Of a stretch of DNA of 64,000 nt, positions 52,101 through 64,000 are shown piece by piece (within the stretch, counting starts at the first letter, position 1; every line of letters begins with the position of its first letter). The notes under the pieces are model-generated. The model saw nothing but the letters and a program-made list of their open reading frames with translations. It was not told the DNA's origin and made no database searches. The stretch comes from Haliotis cracherodii (lineage: Eukaryota). Both the position numbers and the translations under genes were made by a program. The DNA lies in NCBI RefSeq assembly GCF_022045235.1, contig NW_027266308.1:54064001-54128000 (forward strand). The letters are read 5' to 3'.

Positions 52101-53349
52101 AGACCTCCTGAGAGGTTTACATTTGAATTATAAGACCTGCTTGGAGTTTTTACATCAGAACATGGGTGCTGAAGACCAATTCTAACCCAGATCTACATGA
52201 AAATTCAATGACATGAATCAGACCTGCAACCTCACATATCATGTTTACTATTGTAACCTACTGTTTTCCAACTGAGCCACAGGGGTAGTGATGAAAGGGT
52301 GTTCAATCTTACATCATGACTTCAGTTGATTGCAGGCTGCACATTGTCTTTCTCTCTCGCTGTCATCAAATTGATTGTTTAAAGTAGTATTTCACTATAA
52401 GGTATCCCAATGTTTTCTTATTATTTCTGGTATTTCTTGCATTTAGACTGATCATAAGTTAATTCGAACACTCCTCCTTGGCTTTCATTGAAAATGTGAA
52501 ACCTATGTCTTTTCCTTTGCTCAAGATTTTACATTTTCAACCAAAACTCCACAGTCATGTTTTAATTATAACTTAGACGCTACGACATTGATTGGCTTAA
52601 TAGATTATGATGTGATCTTCTATGAAGGGTTTGTCAGTGGAGGTATCCTATGTGAGTAACAGATTTGATACGAATGAGACCATCTTGTAGGGCTTGTATA
52701 GAGGACCTATCCTTGCATCCTAAACAGGGAGCAGCAATTACAAACAATATCACTGCATGATTTCTAACTAAAATAATTGTTTGAACTCATTACCTGAGGC
52801 TTTAGATTTTCCCTGACGATGACCTGTTTGTTCTTCATCTTCACATGAGCTCTGAAGACTGGTAAAAGTATCCCCCTCATCCTTGACCTTTGACTGTAGT
52901 GCCATCTCTTCCTCTCCAAGTTGCTGAGCAATATGCTCCTGAGTCTGTGCAATGAGATTAGCCTGAGCCATTGCCTGGATGTTCTGCAAGTCACCAGATA
53001 GACGCAGAAATGCTGGGGATGAGTTTTCCAGCATAACATTTGCTTCCATAGCCCCTTTGCCATGGTTATTTGACAAGACAAGGACCGGCGTGATGGTGCT
53101 GAGGACCTTCTGCTGGTTGGCACTGCTGCTCAGGTACACGACAGGCTGGCTGTTGTCCACGGACGTTGTCTGGTGTCCTGTTGCGCTACCAAGATACACA
53201 TATGATGCCTGTGGTAAGATAGACTGTGCAGTGTTAAGAGAGGCAGTTGTCTGGGGATGAAGAGCATTGACTGTTGCAGTAACTGTCAGAACATCCATCT
53301 TGCCAGGTGCTAGTTCCTCTCCTGATGGAGAGTCTACTGTCTCATCCAT
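43151..53349 (-). CDS. ZNF410: C2H2 zinc-finger transcription factor, ZNF410 orthologue (7 coding exons, ~606 aa)
   Basis: Exons 53349-52794, 49336-49150, 48768-48593, 47746-47657, 45344-45078, 44207-44082 and 43569-43151 join in phase (1821 nt). Finger helices [33 protein letters not shown] and [11 protein letters not shown] match the five fingers of vertebrate ZNF410 as I recall them. The first coding exon has an acceptor at 53547-53548, implying an upstream non-coding exon. Confidence 0.92.
45978..46148 (-). mobile_element. tRNA(Asp-like)-headed SINE, family B, young intact copy; others at ~19385-19480(-), 54283-54450(-), 55145-55308(+)
   Basis: The minus strand reads GGGGCCGTCGGG-TAGCCTAGTGG (A box)...GCTCGTCACGC...GGTTCGATTCC (B box). 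Tail AAAAGCGGCGTAAAACCAA(ACTC)n. Exact 13-bp TSD tctgagggaaagt at 45965-45977 and 46149-46161. Confidence 0.93.
46632..46919. repeat. Direct tandem duplication, 151-bp period
   Basis: aaagcaaaccctgtgccccg...gcatacattag starts at 46632 and again at 46783. Confidence 0.95.
50251..50648. mobile_element. Tigger/pogo-like DNA element remnant splitting a family A retroposon at a TA
   Basis: Right end cgagggaccactg + TA. Family A sequence stops at ~50250 and resumes at 50649 (tatttacagactgcc). Confidence 0.65.
51470..51741 (-). mobile_element. Family A retroposon, full-length, nested in an ACTTATCC-family element
   Basis: Near-consensus copy with a (CCAA)n tail; the host repeat continues on both sides. 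Confidence 0.88.
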
Positions 53350-55144
53350 GTCACTTTACACATGCAGTTAGTCAACTACATTCACAATACATCTTTGTCC
53401 CATGGTTCATCTTGTGACCTGGTTCCACAGTGTGGCATTAGGTTACATCAACAAGCTTCCAGTTATGCAAAATCCTCTTGCTGACTTCTTTTCTTCTTGT
53501 ATAGCTGTAACACATCGTTTTCAACCTCGCATTCATTAATCCACATCTGAAACAAGATATACATTTATTAATGTTTTGTAAAACTGTGTTTACTGTTACC
53601 ATGATTATACTCTAGGTAAGTTGTGTGCATAAATAAAGAAACAACAGATATTCAAAATATCAACAAGAACACCTAGAAGAAATTGTGTTCTCATATTAAA
53701 AAGACCACTTTTTAGATCCTGTGAGCTTGAAGGGTTTGATATTTTGAAAACTGGTGTGGAAAAGAGATTATGAATTTCATTTGAACATAAAGTTTAAATT
53801 GTTTTGCAGAACAGGGTCTGTAATGTTTTTGTACTTAAGTTTGTTTGTTTATTGTTTAACGCCACACTCAGCAATATTCCAGCTATATGACTACAGTCTG
53901 TAAGTAATCAAGTCTGGACTAGACAATCCAGTGATTGACAACATGAGGATCGATCCACGCAATTGGGATCGATGACATGCATCAACCATGTCAGCGAGCC
54001 TGACCACCCGATCCCGTTAGTCGCCTCTTTCGACATCATAGTCGCCTTTTACGGCAAACATGGGTTGCTGAAGACCTATTCTACCCCGAATTGTACTTAG
54101 GTAGATAGATGTATGAAATTGACAAGAAATACAAATGTTCTGGAAACCAGACCTACATAAGCTTACACGTTCCACCCCACTGTGTACTATCGACATGTCA
54201 CATAACCAGCCAAAAAAAGAACAAATAGCCAGGGAAGTCACCTGAACTTTGGATGGAAATGATATGAGCAAATATGAAAAAGTGAGTATGGTTTTACATC
54301 ACTTTTAGAAATATTCCAGCAATATCTCAACAGGGGACATCAGCAAAAGGCTTCACACATTGTAATTTGTACCCATGAGGGGAATCGGGGAATCGAACAC
54401 GGGTCTTCGGCTTCATGAGTGAATGCTTTAACCACTAGGCTACCCTACCGAACAAAACGTGAAAAAGCCAAAATGGGATCATCTATGCACAGTTCAAAAT
54501 TCATAGGTCTATTCAAGTTCTTAATTTAAAAAGGCTACATTGGTGTCTGTTTGGGATGCTGGACTGATGCCAAAAGGACAATTTGAATCAGGAAAATGCT
54601 TTTCAGATCTCTGTAAATGCTGTTGTAGGTTCTGAGAAGACGTCTATTATATTAAATCCAAGGATTTAAATTTAAATTTTAAATTTAAGGATTTACAATT
54701 ACAGGAGACATTAAAAGCCTTGATGTCTTGGTAAAGTTTTAAGTATTTGTTTGTCTGTTTGTTCGCTGACAAACACTGCACTCAGCAATATTCCAGCTTT
54801 ATGATAGCGGCCTGTCCAATAATCAAGTTTGGACCAAAACAGTGATTGACATGAACATCATACAATCAACCAAGTCACAGAGAATGACAACTCAATCCAT
54901 TTAGTCTTCTCTCAACACAAGCGTAGGTTATTGAGGACCTTCTCTGAGTCAGAAACCTAAGTTTCCAAGTTCCATTTCATCAAAGTAGACACAAATTTAT
55001 GGATAACAACTTCTTTGTTTACTATAATAGCGCTGTTTCTTATCCTTATACCCTCATCAAGCAAGACTTGAATAATAAACATTGTACAGAATACTTATGG
55101 TAGGTGGAGGATTAGCAGTGACAACAATTGCATACATGAGTAGA

Positions 55145-55308
55145 GGGGCGGTCAGGTAGCCTAGTGGTTAAAGCGTTCGCTCGTCACACCGAAAACCTGG
55201 GTTCGATTCTCGATATGGGTACATAGTGTGAAGCCCATTTCTGGTATCCCCTGCCGTGATACTGCTGGTATATTGCTAAAAGAGGTGTAAAACCATACTC
55301 AATCACTA
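55145..55308 (+). mobile_element. Family B tRNA-SINE
   Basis: A box TAGCCTAGTGG and B box GGTTCGATTC; flanking direct repeat acatgagtaga at 55134-55144 and 55309-55319. Confidence 0.88.
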
Positions 55309-55520
55309 ACATGAGTAGACTAAATAGTAGAAGGATAATATTGTAACAACATGGCGGACAGAAAACACATGATGGGGAAGCCACTTAAACAGGATTAAGT
55401 ATACATAGGTGGGAGGATTACTGCTTAATGAGTTCATAGCATAAAACAGATGTATATTTACAATACCATAATTCTGTTGTTATTCTTTTAACCAGCTCAT
55501 GTTAATCTCTCTCATGCATG

Positions 55521-55877
55521 GACCACATACGTGGTCTAGTGGTAGAGCGTCTGCCCGGAGAGCGGAAGATCTGGGGTTTGATCCTCGGTCACATCATACC
55601 AAAAGACGTTAAAAGATGGTACTTGTTGTTACCCTGACTGGCGCTGGGCATTAAGGGGTTAAAACAAGGACTGATGGGCTCGGGGTCAGTATACTGTGTC
55701 TGAGTGGGGTATCCATGTTAAACTGTGGCATGGTATCTCAGTGTGCTAGCACTATAAATTGCCATCAGTCTGGAATATTACAAGCAGGCAGACAGACAGA
55801 CACACGCACATACACATGCACGTCGCTATATAAGTGCAATAATCTTGGACGCTACGTTAAACCCAATTTCACCTCAG
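55521..55877 (+). mobile_element. tRNA-headed SINE with a V-domain-like core (V-SINE)
   Basis: A box TGGTCTAGTGG and degenerate B box GGTTTGATCC. The core cataccaaaagacgttaaaagatggtacttgttgttaccctgactggcgctgggcattaagg resembles the V-SINE domain (recognition, not searched). TSD ctctctcatg(c/t)atg at 55507-55520 and 55878-55891. Confidence 0.78.
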
Positions 55878-57499
55878 CTCTCTCATGTATGTAATTGTTG
55901 TAACTTTTAATCATCCACCTACCATATATATTCTGTACCATGTTCATGTTTTAGTCTTGCTTGACAACAGTATAAGGATCTACACATAAACATCACTATT
56001 ACAGTAAAATAAAGAATTTGCTATCCATAAATTTGTGTCATCCATCAATTTCTAAGAAATGCCTATCAAACAAGTCATCTATTTCATCACTGATGAAAAT
56101 ATGGATGGACCCATAAGCATTGTTATTTTACAAATGTGGAAGCTTCTAACAGGCAACACTGTATCAGCATGACTCTACTAAATTACATCCACAACATGAC
56201 TTTTACATCAGGCGTCATTAGTCATAATTATTTCAAGTACCAATGAAACCATCAAATAATCCCCTATAATAACACTCGCTATCCTATGGCAACCAATATA
56301 TTATGTAAATCAGAACTATTATAGATACTTTATGAGATAATAACATACGGAACCACATAATTAATCCAGAATTCATTGGAACAACTGTTGATACAAATCC
56401 AGGTTTAGAACAACTAATATCCCATTTGGGAGAATATGGCTATTTTCTTAATTCCTAAACACCACAAAATTGCTGACCATACTACATATATGTAGATTAC
56501 AGGGAGTGAGATTACAATTTTGAGATAAACCTTGAGTGCTTTTTAAATATATAACTATAAAGGCACATGTGTACATGCCACTGCTCACATAAACACTTCA
56601 CCTTTGAACTTAAATGATAAATATATATGCATGTTTTATAGACCTGTTTGAACTGTCAGTTATTTTCAATGTATTTAATACTGTATTCATTACAAAGCCA
56701 AATTTAAAATACTAACTTAAAAATATTTACATACACCAAAGACTACATAGATATATGAATATACGTCTTTGAATACACCTATAAACATAAACGGTGCCTA
56801 TGAGGTTGTTTATTCGTCCACAAATTGAATACCACAAATGGCTCAATATCAGCTGTGTTTGGTAAGCATTTGTAAGATATCAATCATACCGCTGAACACG
56901 TTTTTTCTGATTAGATCTACATGACTTCTGTTGTTTACCTATAGTTAATAGTTCTTATGAATGATCTGCTTCCAACTGCATTAAACCGGCTAGAAACCAT
57001 CATTCGTGGGTTGTTTCGTGAAACACTGACATTGCTCTATTGAAGGTCGGTGGAATTTTCCATCAGACTTCGTTAACATTTTTAACCATCAATGGCAAAA
57101 TGACGACATAAACCCTCAAACAACAAGAAACGATAGCGCCTAAAATGTAATTTAGGCCGACGTTTGAACCATTTCGTCGAAACGGACTATCCTTTTTTCC
57201 ACACGATATGTGTTATCAAACAAAACAGTTTTGACCACTGATAATCAACGCGGAAATAAATGAAATATTATGGGTTGTAATCTTACTCTTCGCACTTTCC
57301 ATCCTACCTTCATTGCGTAAGAATACAGTTACCAGTCAATGAAAAGTACCAAATCAGTTTTGCAGCTACCGTGGAAACATAGAGAGAGTTTTAAAAGGTT
57401 AGAATCATGATAGTGTGGATACCATGTAACGTTTTATCCTCTTAATACAAATACTCATGCAGAACTATTTAAAAATTGGGTCATCTTCTGAAAGAAGTT

Positions 57500-58260
57500 C
57501 CAATCACTTCCTACACATCGATGGCGTTTGTTAAAACGATACCGATTGGCCAAAGGAACAAAATTTTCCCAAAACACATGTGAATGTTGCATATATTTAT
57601 GAATGTAAACAATCATATCTGTACTTGGAAATACAAATTTGTCAACATTAGAGTGGTTGCGTACTTATTGTGTTACCAGTCGCAAACTAAACTGTCAATG
57701 GAACCGTTTTGATATTTTGTTGACGACATCATGAAACAACCAATCAGAATACACCTTACTTTCTTTCAGAATGACGGAATTACCCGAAGAATTAATATGT
57801 ATATCAAGTTATTCTTTTAAGAGTTTGATTTCAGATAGAAACGTGCATTTGACAATATGTGAACACGAGAACATATATTATATCAGTTATATCAATATTG
57901 TTTATGAAATGTAATAGTTCAACCTATACGGAAAGACACGAGTAAAAGCGGATATGGTGAACATCTACCAGTTTCAACCGGTTTACAACTTTGGGAGTTT
58001 TCATAGCACAGAAGACTGGTACGGGTTCGACAAACTGTTAAGGTATATACCACGAATGATATAGGTAAAGGACTTTGGTTTGGGGTTAATGTGCATGCTA
58101 AAAGGTAAGAGTAACGTTGTGAAAATTGTCTACACGCCGGCATGGAGGCCGCCATTTTAAAACATGTAAACAACGGAAGTGGGATTCAAAGTCATAGGCA
58201 ACCACGATTGTATGTCATGTGATCTCGGTGCATTACGCGCCCTTTTTGTATGGTGATTGC
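57500..58260. promoter_or_regulatory. Probable divergent promoter region for ZNF410 and XPO1
   Basis: Locally CpG-rich. YY1 motif GCCGCCATTTT (~58148-58158), ETS motif CGGAAGTG (~58174-58181) and CCAAT boxes (~57545, ~57739), lying between the two divergent genes. TSSs not determinable. Confidence 0.55.
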
Positions 58261-59249
58261 TTACCATGGAGAATGTAGTTACTTCTTAACATGAATGTGT
58301 AAATTATTTAGAGAGCAACAGCAAAAAATAACCTTGCGATTGATAAATGTAGTAGCCTTTGTCCGATAATTGCGTGATGTTGAAAAGTCAGCTGTTTCTA
58401 CGAATGCTTTTCGACTCGTGTTCATTGTTAGATGGTGTGTGTTTTTTGTCGGTTAAACATCAAGACACTGTCAAGTCACATCTCAATAAATACAAATTTA
58501 CGAGGTGTTAAGTCTAGAATGTTATGTGTTAAGGTATTATCCTGACTTTGCTGCGAACTGTGGGCTGACACAGCAGTGTCAGAAAATTTTGTTCCTTTCC
58601 ACACACGTGTTCGGAACGCAAAGAAGATTAGGCCCAATATGACAATTTGACAGGGTATGTTGGACCATTAGGTGGTCATTAGTTACTGTTTTTACAGATA
58701 GATCTGTATCCAGACATGCTGTATGGCAATTATTATCAAGCTTGTGCTAACTAGCGATCAATAGCTTTAGAAAATCTCAATGCGTCTTCAGCTGAGCAAG
58801 GCTTGTATTTTCATGTATCTGTAGAAGTTAACCCGAAATGTTTTGCTAACTCAAATAGCTACTAGTAGTGTGTATACCTTAACATTACCAAAAATACAGT
58901 CATCTTGTAGACAATTCATCATTCGCAAGTCACACACGGCATCTTTATCAACGGACCGCATTCCATAGGAGGGATTATTATCATGCAAAATTATAATGAC
59001 GTTGCAGTATCCATCAAACCCTACATCTATTTTTTCAGTCATGTTACTGTTCAAATGTTAGGCAAATGAATAAGAGGTTGGTTGGACTACCAACATTGAA
59101 TACAATTCCAATTTGGAATGATTTATCATGTTTATAAAGTGCTAAGTTTGCTAACAAGGTGTTACTCTTTTTGCAGGTTAATTCACCTTTTCCCGCCGTA
59201 GTTGGGTAGCCCAGATTTAGTGAGAGTCGATGTAACCAAGCCTGTCCAG

Positions 59250-62200
59250 ATGGTCATGAGCACCTTGACTGAACAGGCAGCCAAGTTGCTCGACTTCAAT
59301 CAGAAGCTCGACATACAGCTGCTTGACAATGTTGTTGCCTGCATGTATGCAGGGGATGGTCCCCAGGTAGATATGATTTCCTGTTGATTGTAGTTTTGAA
59401 TCCAAGCCTTTCAGCCAAGAACAGATATTGTTACAAAGGTATCATTGATCCTGGGTTGTGGAAACATACACTTGTCCGTTCACAGGTGAACCTGTCAAAA
59501 TCTTCAGTCAGTAGTTGAAGGCTACTGCTCACAAATTTTACAGACATATGTGTCATATGGGTTTGATGTTTCATTTTAGTTTCCAGAGCATTTACTCACC
59601 AAATGATTTCCGGTGTATTATATTCTAATACGAGAAGTATGCTTTACTCAACGCAACCATACATTCGTTTCTGTGGTGACATAACCATCTTCATCTCTCT
59701 TTTTACCATCTCACCTGTGAAGATCCGAGGTAGAGGCTCGCTGACTTAGTTGAAGCATGTCATCAGATCCCAATTGCATAGATTAATGCTCATGATGTCA
59801 GTCACTGGATTGTCTGGTCCAGACGCGATTATTTACAGGCCGCCGTCATGTAGCTGGAATATTGCTGAATGTTGGGTTAAACAGCAAACATCACCAACTT
59901 AGCACAGAATTTCTCTTGCTTAAAAGGGTGGCGTATATAGTTATACCAAGGAATTCCGTCTGTCATGCCGAGGACATTTTTCTGTTAGACTTATAACTCA
60001 AGAACTACCATATAGATTCTTTTCAAACTTGGTGAACACTTTTTATAACTATTGGAGAGATGCAGTGCAAAATTTGATTTCAACTTTTGGATTTTCTATA
60101 AAAAAATACAGCTTTTTTCATTCTCTTCCTTAAACATTTGTGTGACCTATAATTTTAAGACTACTGCATGGATTCTTTTCAATTCATATTTAGTGAACAG
60201 TTTCCTTACTAATGGAAGAGATGGAGTGCCAAGTTTGATTTTGATGTGTGTATTTTCTGGTGAGAAAAAAATCATGTTATGAACTTAGAATGTATTTGAC
60301 TTCAACATTTGTACCCTATTTTCTTCTGAAGCAACAGCAGATGGCACAGAAGGTTCTTACAGAGCTGAAAGAGCATCCAGATGCCTGGACAAGGGTAGAC
60401 ACAATATTGGAGTTTTCCAGTAACCAACAGACCAAATACTATGCTCTTCAGATCCTGGAGAATGTTATCAAAACCAGATGGAAGGTCCTACCTCGTCCAC
60501 AGTGTGAAGGTTTGTAAATTGTTTTGTACTTGATTCTGCATGGAATTCTTTTCACACTGTAAAAAGTAATTAAAATGGTGTTTTTGGTATTTTTGTTCAT
60601 GTTGGTGAGATTGTTCGCTCCTTGTTAGTAAGTTCTCATTCCCTTTTCAGGCATCAAGAAATATATCGTTGGACTTATCATTAAGACTTCATCAGAGAGT
60701 TCATCTTTGGAGAGGGAAAAGGTTTACCTTGGAAAACTTAACATGATTCTAGTCCAGGTAATGGTTTACAAGAATTTAATTTTCTGCTTAGGGCAGTTTA
60801 ATTCCAATTTCAATTAAATGAGATTTTTTCCCTCGGATACAACTATCTCTGCATGAAGAGCTGACAGAGGTCACATGACATGTAAGGTAAACCCTGGAAA
60901 TTTGATTCAGTTTTCTAGATCTATTAGGCTTAATTCTTTTATGTCCTTTTTCCGAAATAAAAATCTTAACAAAAGAAAACCTACACAATATAAATATACC
61001 TTAGTACACACTGTTTCAGGAGTAGATGCCATGGTGACCTGAAACAACAGGGTGTATAATATTCAATTTCTAATTGGAACTGCCTGTTATTGTACATTGC
61101 AATATGCAGGTACCAAATTTTCTGTTCATGTTTGTTCACTTGTGTCAAGAATTTAGAAGTCTTGACACTGATTGCAATGGAGGGTTTTTGTCAGATCTTC
61201 ATGGAGAGGTGCATCGGAGTAAAAGAACCTTCTTTTTTTTACATCAGATTGGTTTTAATTCATATTTACTTGCATTAAATGCATGGTTTAGCAGATGCTG
61301 TTAGTGGTGGTTCACTTGTCATTCAAATGAAGAGTATTAAGCTAATATCTGTGTATGTAGATTTCCCATCATCACACTACTTGGGGACGTCCACTCTCAT
61401 CTACAGGGTTACCAAAACAAATTTATGCACTAGAATTTAGAGGTGTAACAAGCTGACTCCTTCAGAAACATAGTAGACAAGCCCCTGTAAGAGTTGAATA
61501 TATATATTATATGCAATGACCAAATATAACACATCAGTGTGTAGTCAACAAGCAATATTCTTTTACTTATAAGACTTCTGTACTGTAGCAGTAGATGAAC
61601 AATATGTCAGTTCAACCAAGTTTTACTGAATGTTCTGTAGCATCCATGAGTTCCAAAGGGGATTTCACGCCTCTATTTACATTTAGCTAGTTCCTCAGTG
61701 TATATGACCGGGACGGCAGTTGTTAGACCCTGGATGCGCTCAGAGACTGTTCAGGAATCTGGATGTGGTCTGGTCTACTGCTGGGTGGTTGTGTGTAGTC
61801 AGGTTTCTAACAAATTTGACAACTGTTGTACATTTACCAGACAACCTGTATCTACACATCTCCAGTGGACACATGCCAGTCTCGTACTATTTAATCTGTA
61901 TCTAAAGCCATTTAGAATGTCCTGTCTTCCTCTTCATTGGGCTGTGCATTCTCCCAAATTGTGAATAGATAGAGCACTTCTTTGTCTTCAGTTACAGTAA
62001 TAACGACACATCTCAACAAATGCCAGCCAGACTTTTCATGTCCCAAAGTGTTCCTATCAAGATCAGTGTTAGAAATTGGCACTAGTCCTGTAGTCCTTGC
62101 CAAACTGCCCAATGGTTAAGGTATCATAAGGACTAGTAGAAATTTTCCATTTTTAAGGGTTTTGCTATATGTTATCATTATTAGGACTAGTGAACTAACA

Positions 62201-62719
62201 ATGTTCGTTTCTACCGCTGAAGATAATATATGCATGATAAGAACGATAAAGATACTTACAATATTGTTTTTGTCTTTTCAGATTCTCAAATATGAATGGC
62301 CACGAAACTGGCCATCATTTATCAGTGATATTGTTGGTGCAAGTAAGACAAATGAGTCTCTTTGTCAGAACAACATGACCATATTGAAATTATTAAGGCA
62401 AGTGAAGAGGAGCTATTTGCAATACTAATTATGTCTGAAATAATTTTACCATGAACATTTTTTTATCAGCACTTTTATTTGCTAAAAAATCTTTTATTTT
62501 ACACATTGTTTCTGGAGATGTTCATGTAAATCGTCAAGTATTGTCACTAGTAAGAGCTTGAAAGTAGGTGACTGTATTAACAAGTTTCTTTATCTTTGCT
62601 TCAGTGAGGAAGTGTTTGACTTCTCAAGTGGGCAAATGACACAGGCCAAAGCTAAACATTTGAAAGATACCATGTGTAGTGAATTCTCACAAATCTTCCA
62701 GCTCTGTCAATTTGTAATG
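59250..62719 (+). CDS. XPO1: Exportin-1 (CRM1), 5' partial; first five coding exons, gene continues beyond the window
   Basis: Exons 59250-59366, 60332-60509 (acceptor could be 60338), 60651-60757, 62282-62397 (GC donor) and 62605-62719. They encode [73 protein letters not shown] and [24 protein letters not shown]. Confidence 0.97.
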
Positions 62720-63597
62720 GTAAGTACAATATCCCTATCACCATCTTGATACATGAAAACAAAAAATGTAGTGGTTTCTGGGAATTCCAAGATGTCCACT
62801 TGTTATAGAGCGTGGCAACCATTAATCTTGCTATGATGCAAGTATTTCTAATTCTGTATAGTTAATACTTATACCAGGTTTCACGCAATGCACAAATGTT
62901 GATAAAAATGGACAAACTGCATCCTGAGGGACACAGTAATATTCTTTGTACCTAGAACAGCGTATCAAGAACAGTTATGGGTGTCTCGTTTCATCCATCA
63001 ATAATGCCACTATCCACTTGATCATTGGTCATGTAGTCGGAGCCTACTAGTGAATTAGTGTCTTGTGCTGATTTGGGATGTCGAAAAATGCTGAACAGCA
63101 TTATTATTTTATTCATTGAACTGAAGGTATCCAATGGCAGTGAACCCAAAGTGGGTAAAAGTAGCCAAACTCCATTTCCAAGTTGCACCAGAACGGGGGG
63201 ATATGTCATCTCCTGGTGGCTCTTGTTGTCAAAAGGTTGAAGAAAGTTTCAGTTTCATTGAACTTCTCGGTTAAAGATTTGTTTGGTTCTTAACCACACA
63301 GTCAGAAATATTTCAGCTGTAACATGGCAACCTCTTAATAGTTGGGACAAACCAGTATATATTCAATGCCATATGGGTACAAGGACACTAAATCATCTTA
63401 GGCACCACCCTATCCAATTTAAATGCCTCTTATGACAAGCAATAGAGAGTGCAGTGGAACTATTCTTACCTGGGCCCCCATGAAATCTAATGTAAAAGGT
63501 ATCTTGAGAGCTGTTTCCTATTTCTTGGGAGTGAATAAATGTTGCATTTGGTCACATCATGCCGCCATTTGCAGTGAATACTAATGAAGTAATAGAA

Positions 63598-63850
63598 GAC
63601 CCATGAAGATCTGGGGTAGAATAGGTCTCCAGCAAACCATATTTGACGTAAAAAGCAACTATACTTGTCGAAAGAGGCGACCGACAGGATCGGGTGGTCA
63701 TGCTCGCTGACTTGTTTATGCATGTCATCATATACCAATAGCGTGGATCGATGCTTATGATGTCAACCACTGGATTGTCTGGTCCAGACTCGATTATTTG
63801 CAGTCCACCATCATATAGCTTGAATATTTGCTGCTGCATTCAACAACAAA
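63598..63850 (+). mobile_element. Family A retroposon, full-length, in an XPO1 intron
   Basis: Runs from gacccatgaagatctggggtagaatagg to gaatatttgctg and a caacaac tail. Confidence 0.85.
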
Positions 63851-64000
63851 AGAATTTGAGACTTGATAGTCTTTTTGTGTGCTGGTACAGGTTCAAGATT
63901 GATTCTACAGCTGTTAGTCTACTGATCTTGTCAACTGTAACACATTTCAGTGACATGGTTAGCAATGCCAAAGCAAACTGCTCCAAACATTTGGTCATTC

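Larger units (their letters stand above)
54988..56039. mobile_element. Old fold-back/MITE element with ~150-bp inverted arms, hosting two SINEs
   Basis: 54988-55140 (gacacaaatttatggata...tatggtaggtgga...catacatgag) is the diverged reverse complement of 55882-56039. Confidence 0.8.

Overview
AT-rich, intron-containing eukaryotic DNA from a metazoan, most likely a mollusc (inferred from the SINE/MITE repertoire). 1-13.2 kb is tandem repeat: about 3.8 copies of a ~1.13-1.16 kb unit, then two abutting, related GC-rich satellites (27-bp and 29-bp units). These satellites generate nearly all the long ORFs there, which are probably spurious. The rest holds four genes whose exons I assembled by hand with consistent phases: COQ6 (minus, 12 coding exons, ~478 aa), FAM161 (plus, 5 exons, ~743 aa, head-to-head with COQ6), ZNF410 (minus, 7 coding exons, ~606 aa) and the 5' part of XPO1/CRM1 (plus, runs off the window). 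The order and orientation match a fusion of the human 14q24 (ZNF410-FAM161B-COQ6) and 2p15 (FAM161A-XPO1) blocks, suggesting an ancestral pre-duplication cluster. Introns carry four SINE-like families with related 3' tails, many MITEs (several nested) and a Tc1 fossil. Other points of note: a 42-bp minisatellite built from a COQ6 3' splice site, an inverted copy of FAM161 exon-1 sequence in its own intron, and two GC-AG introns. No prokaryotic-type system (CRISPR etc.) is present, and I found no clearly novel protein system.
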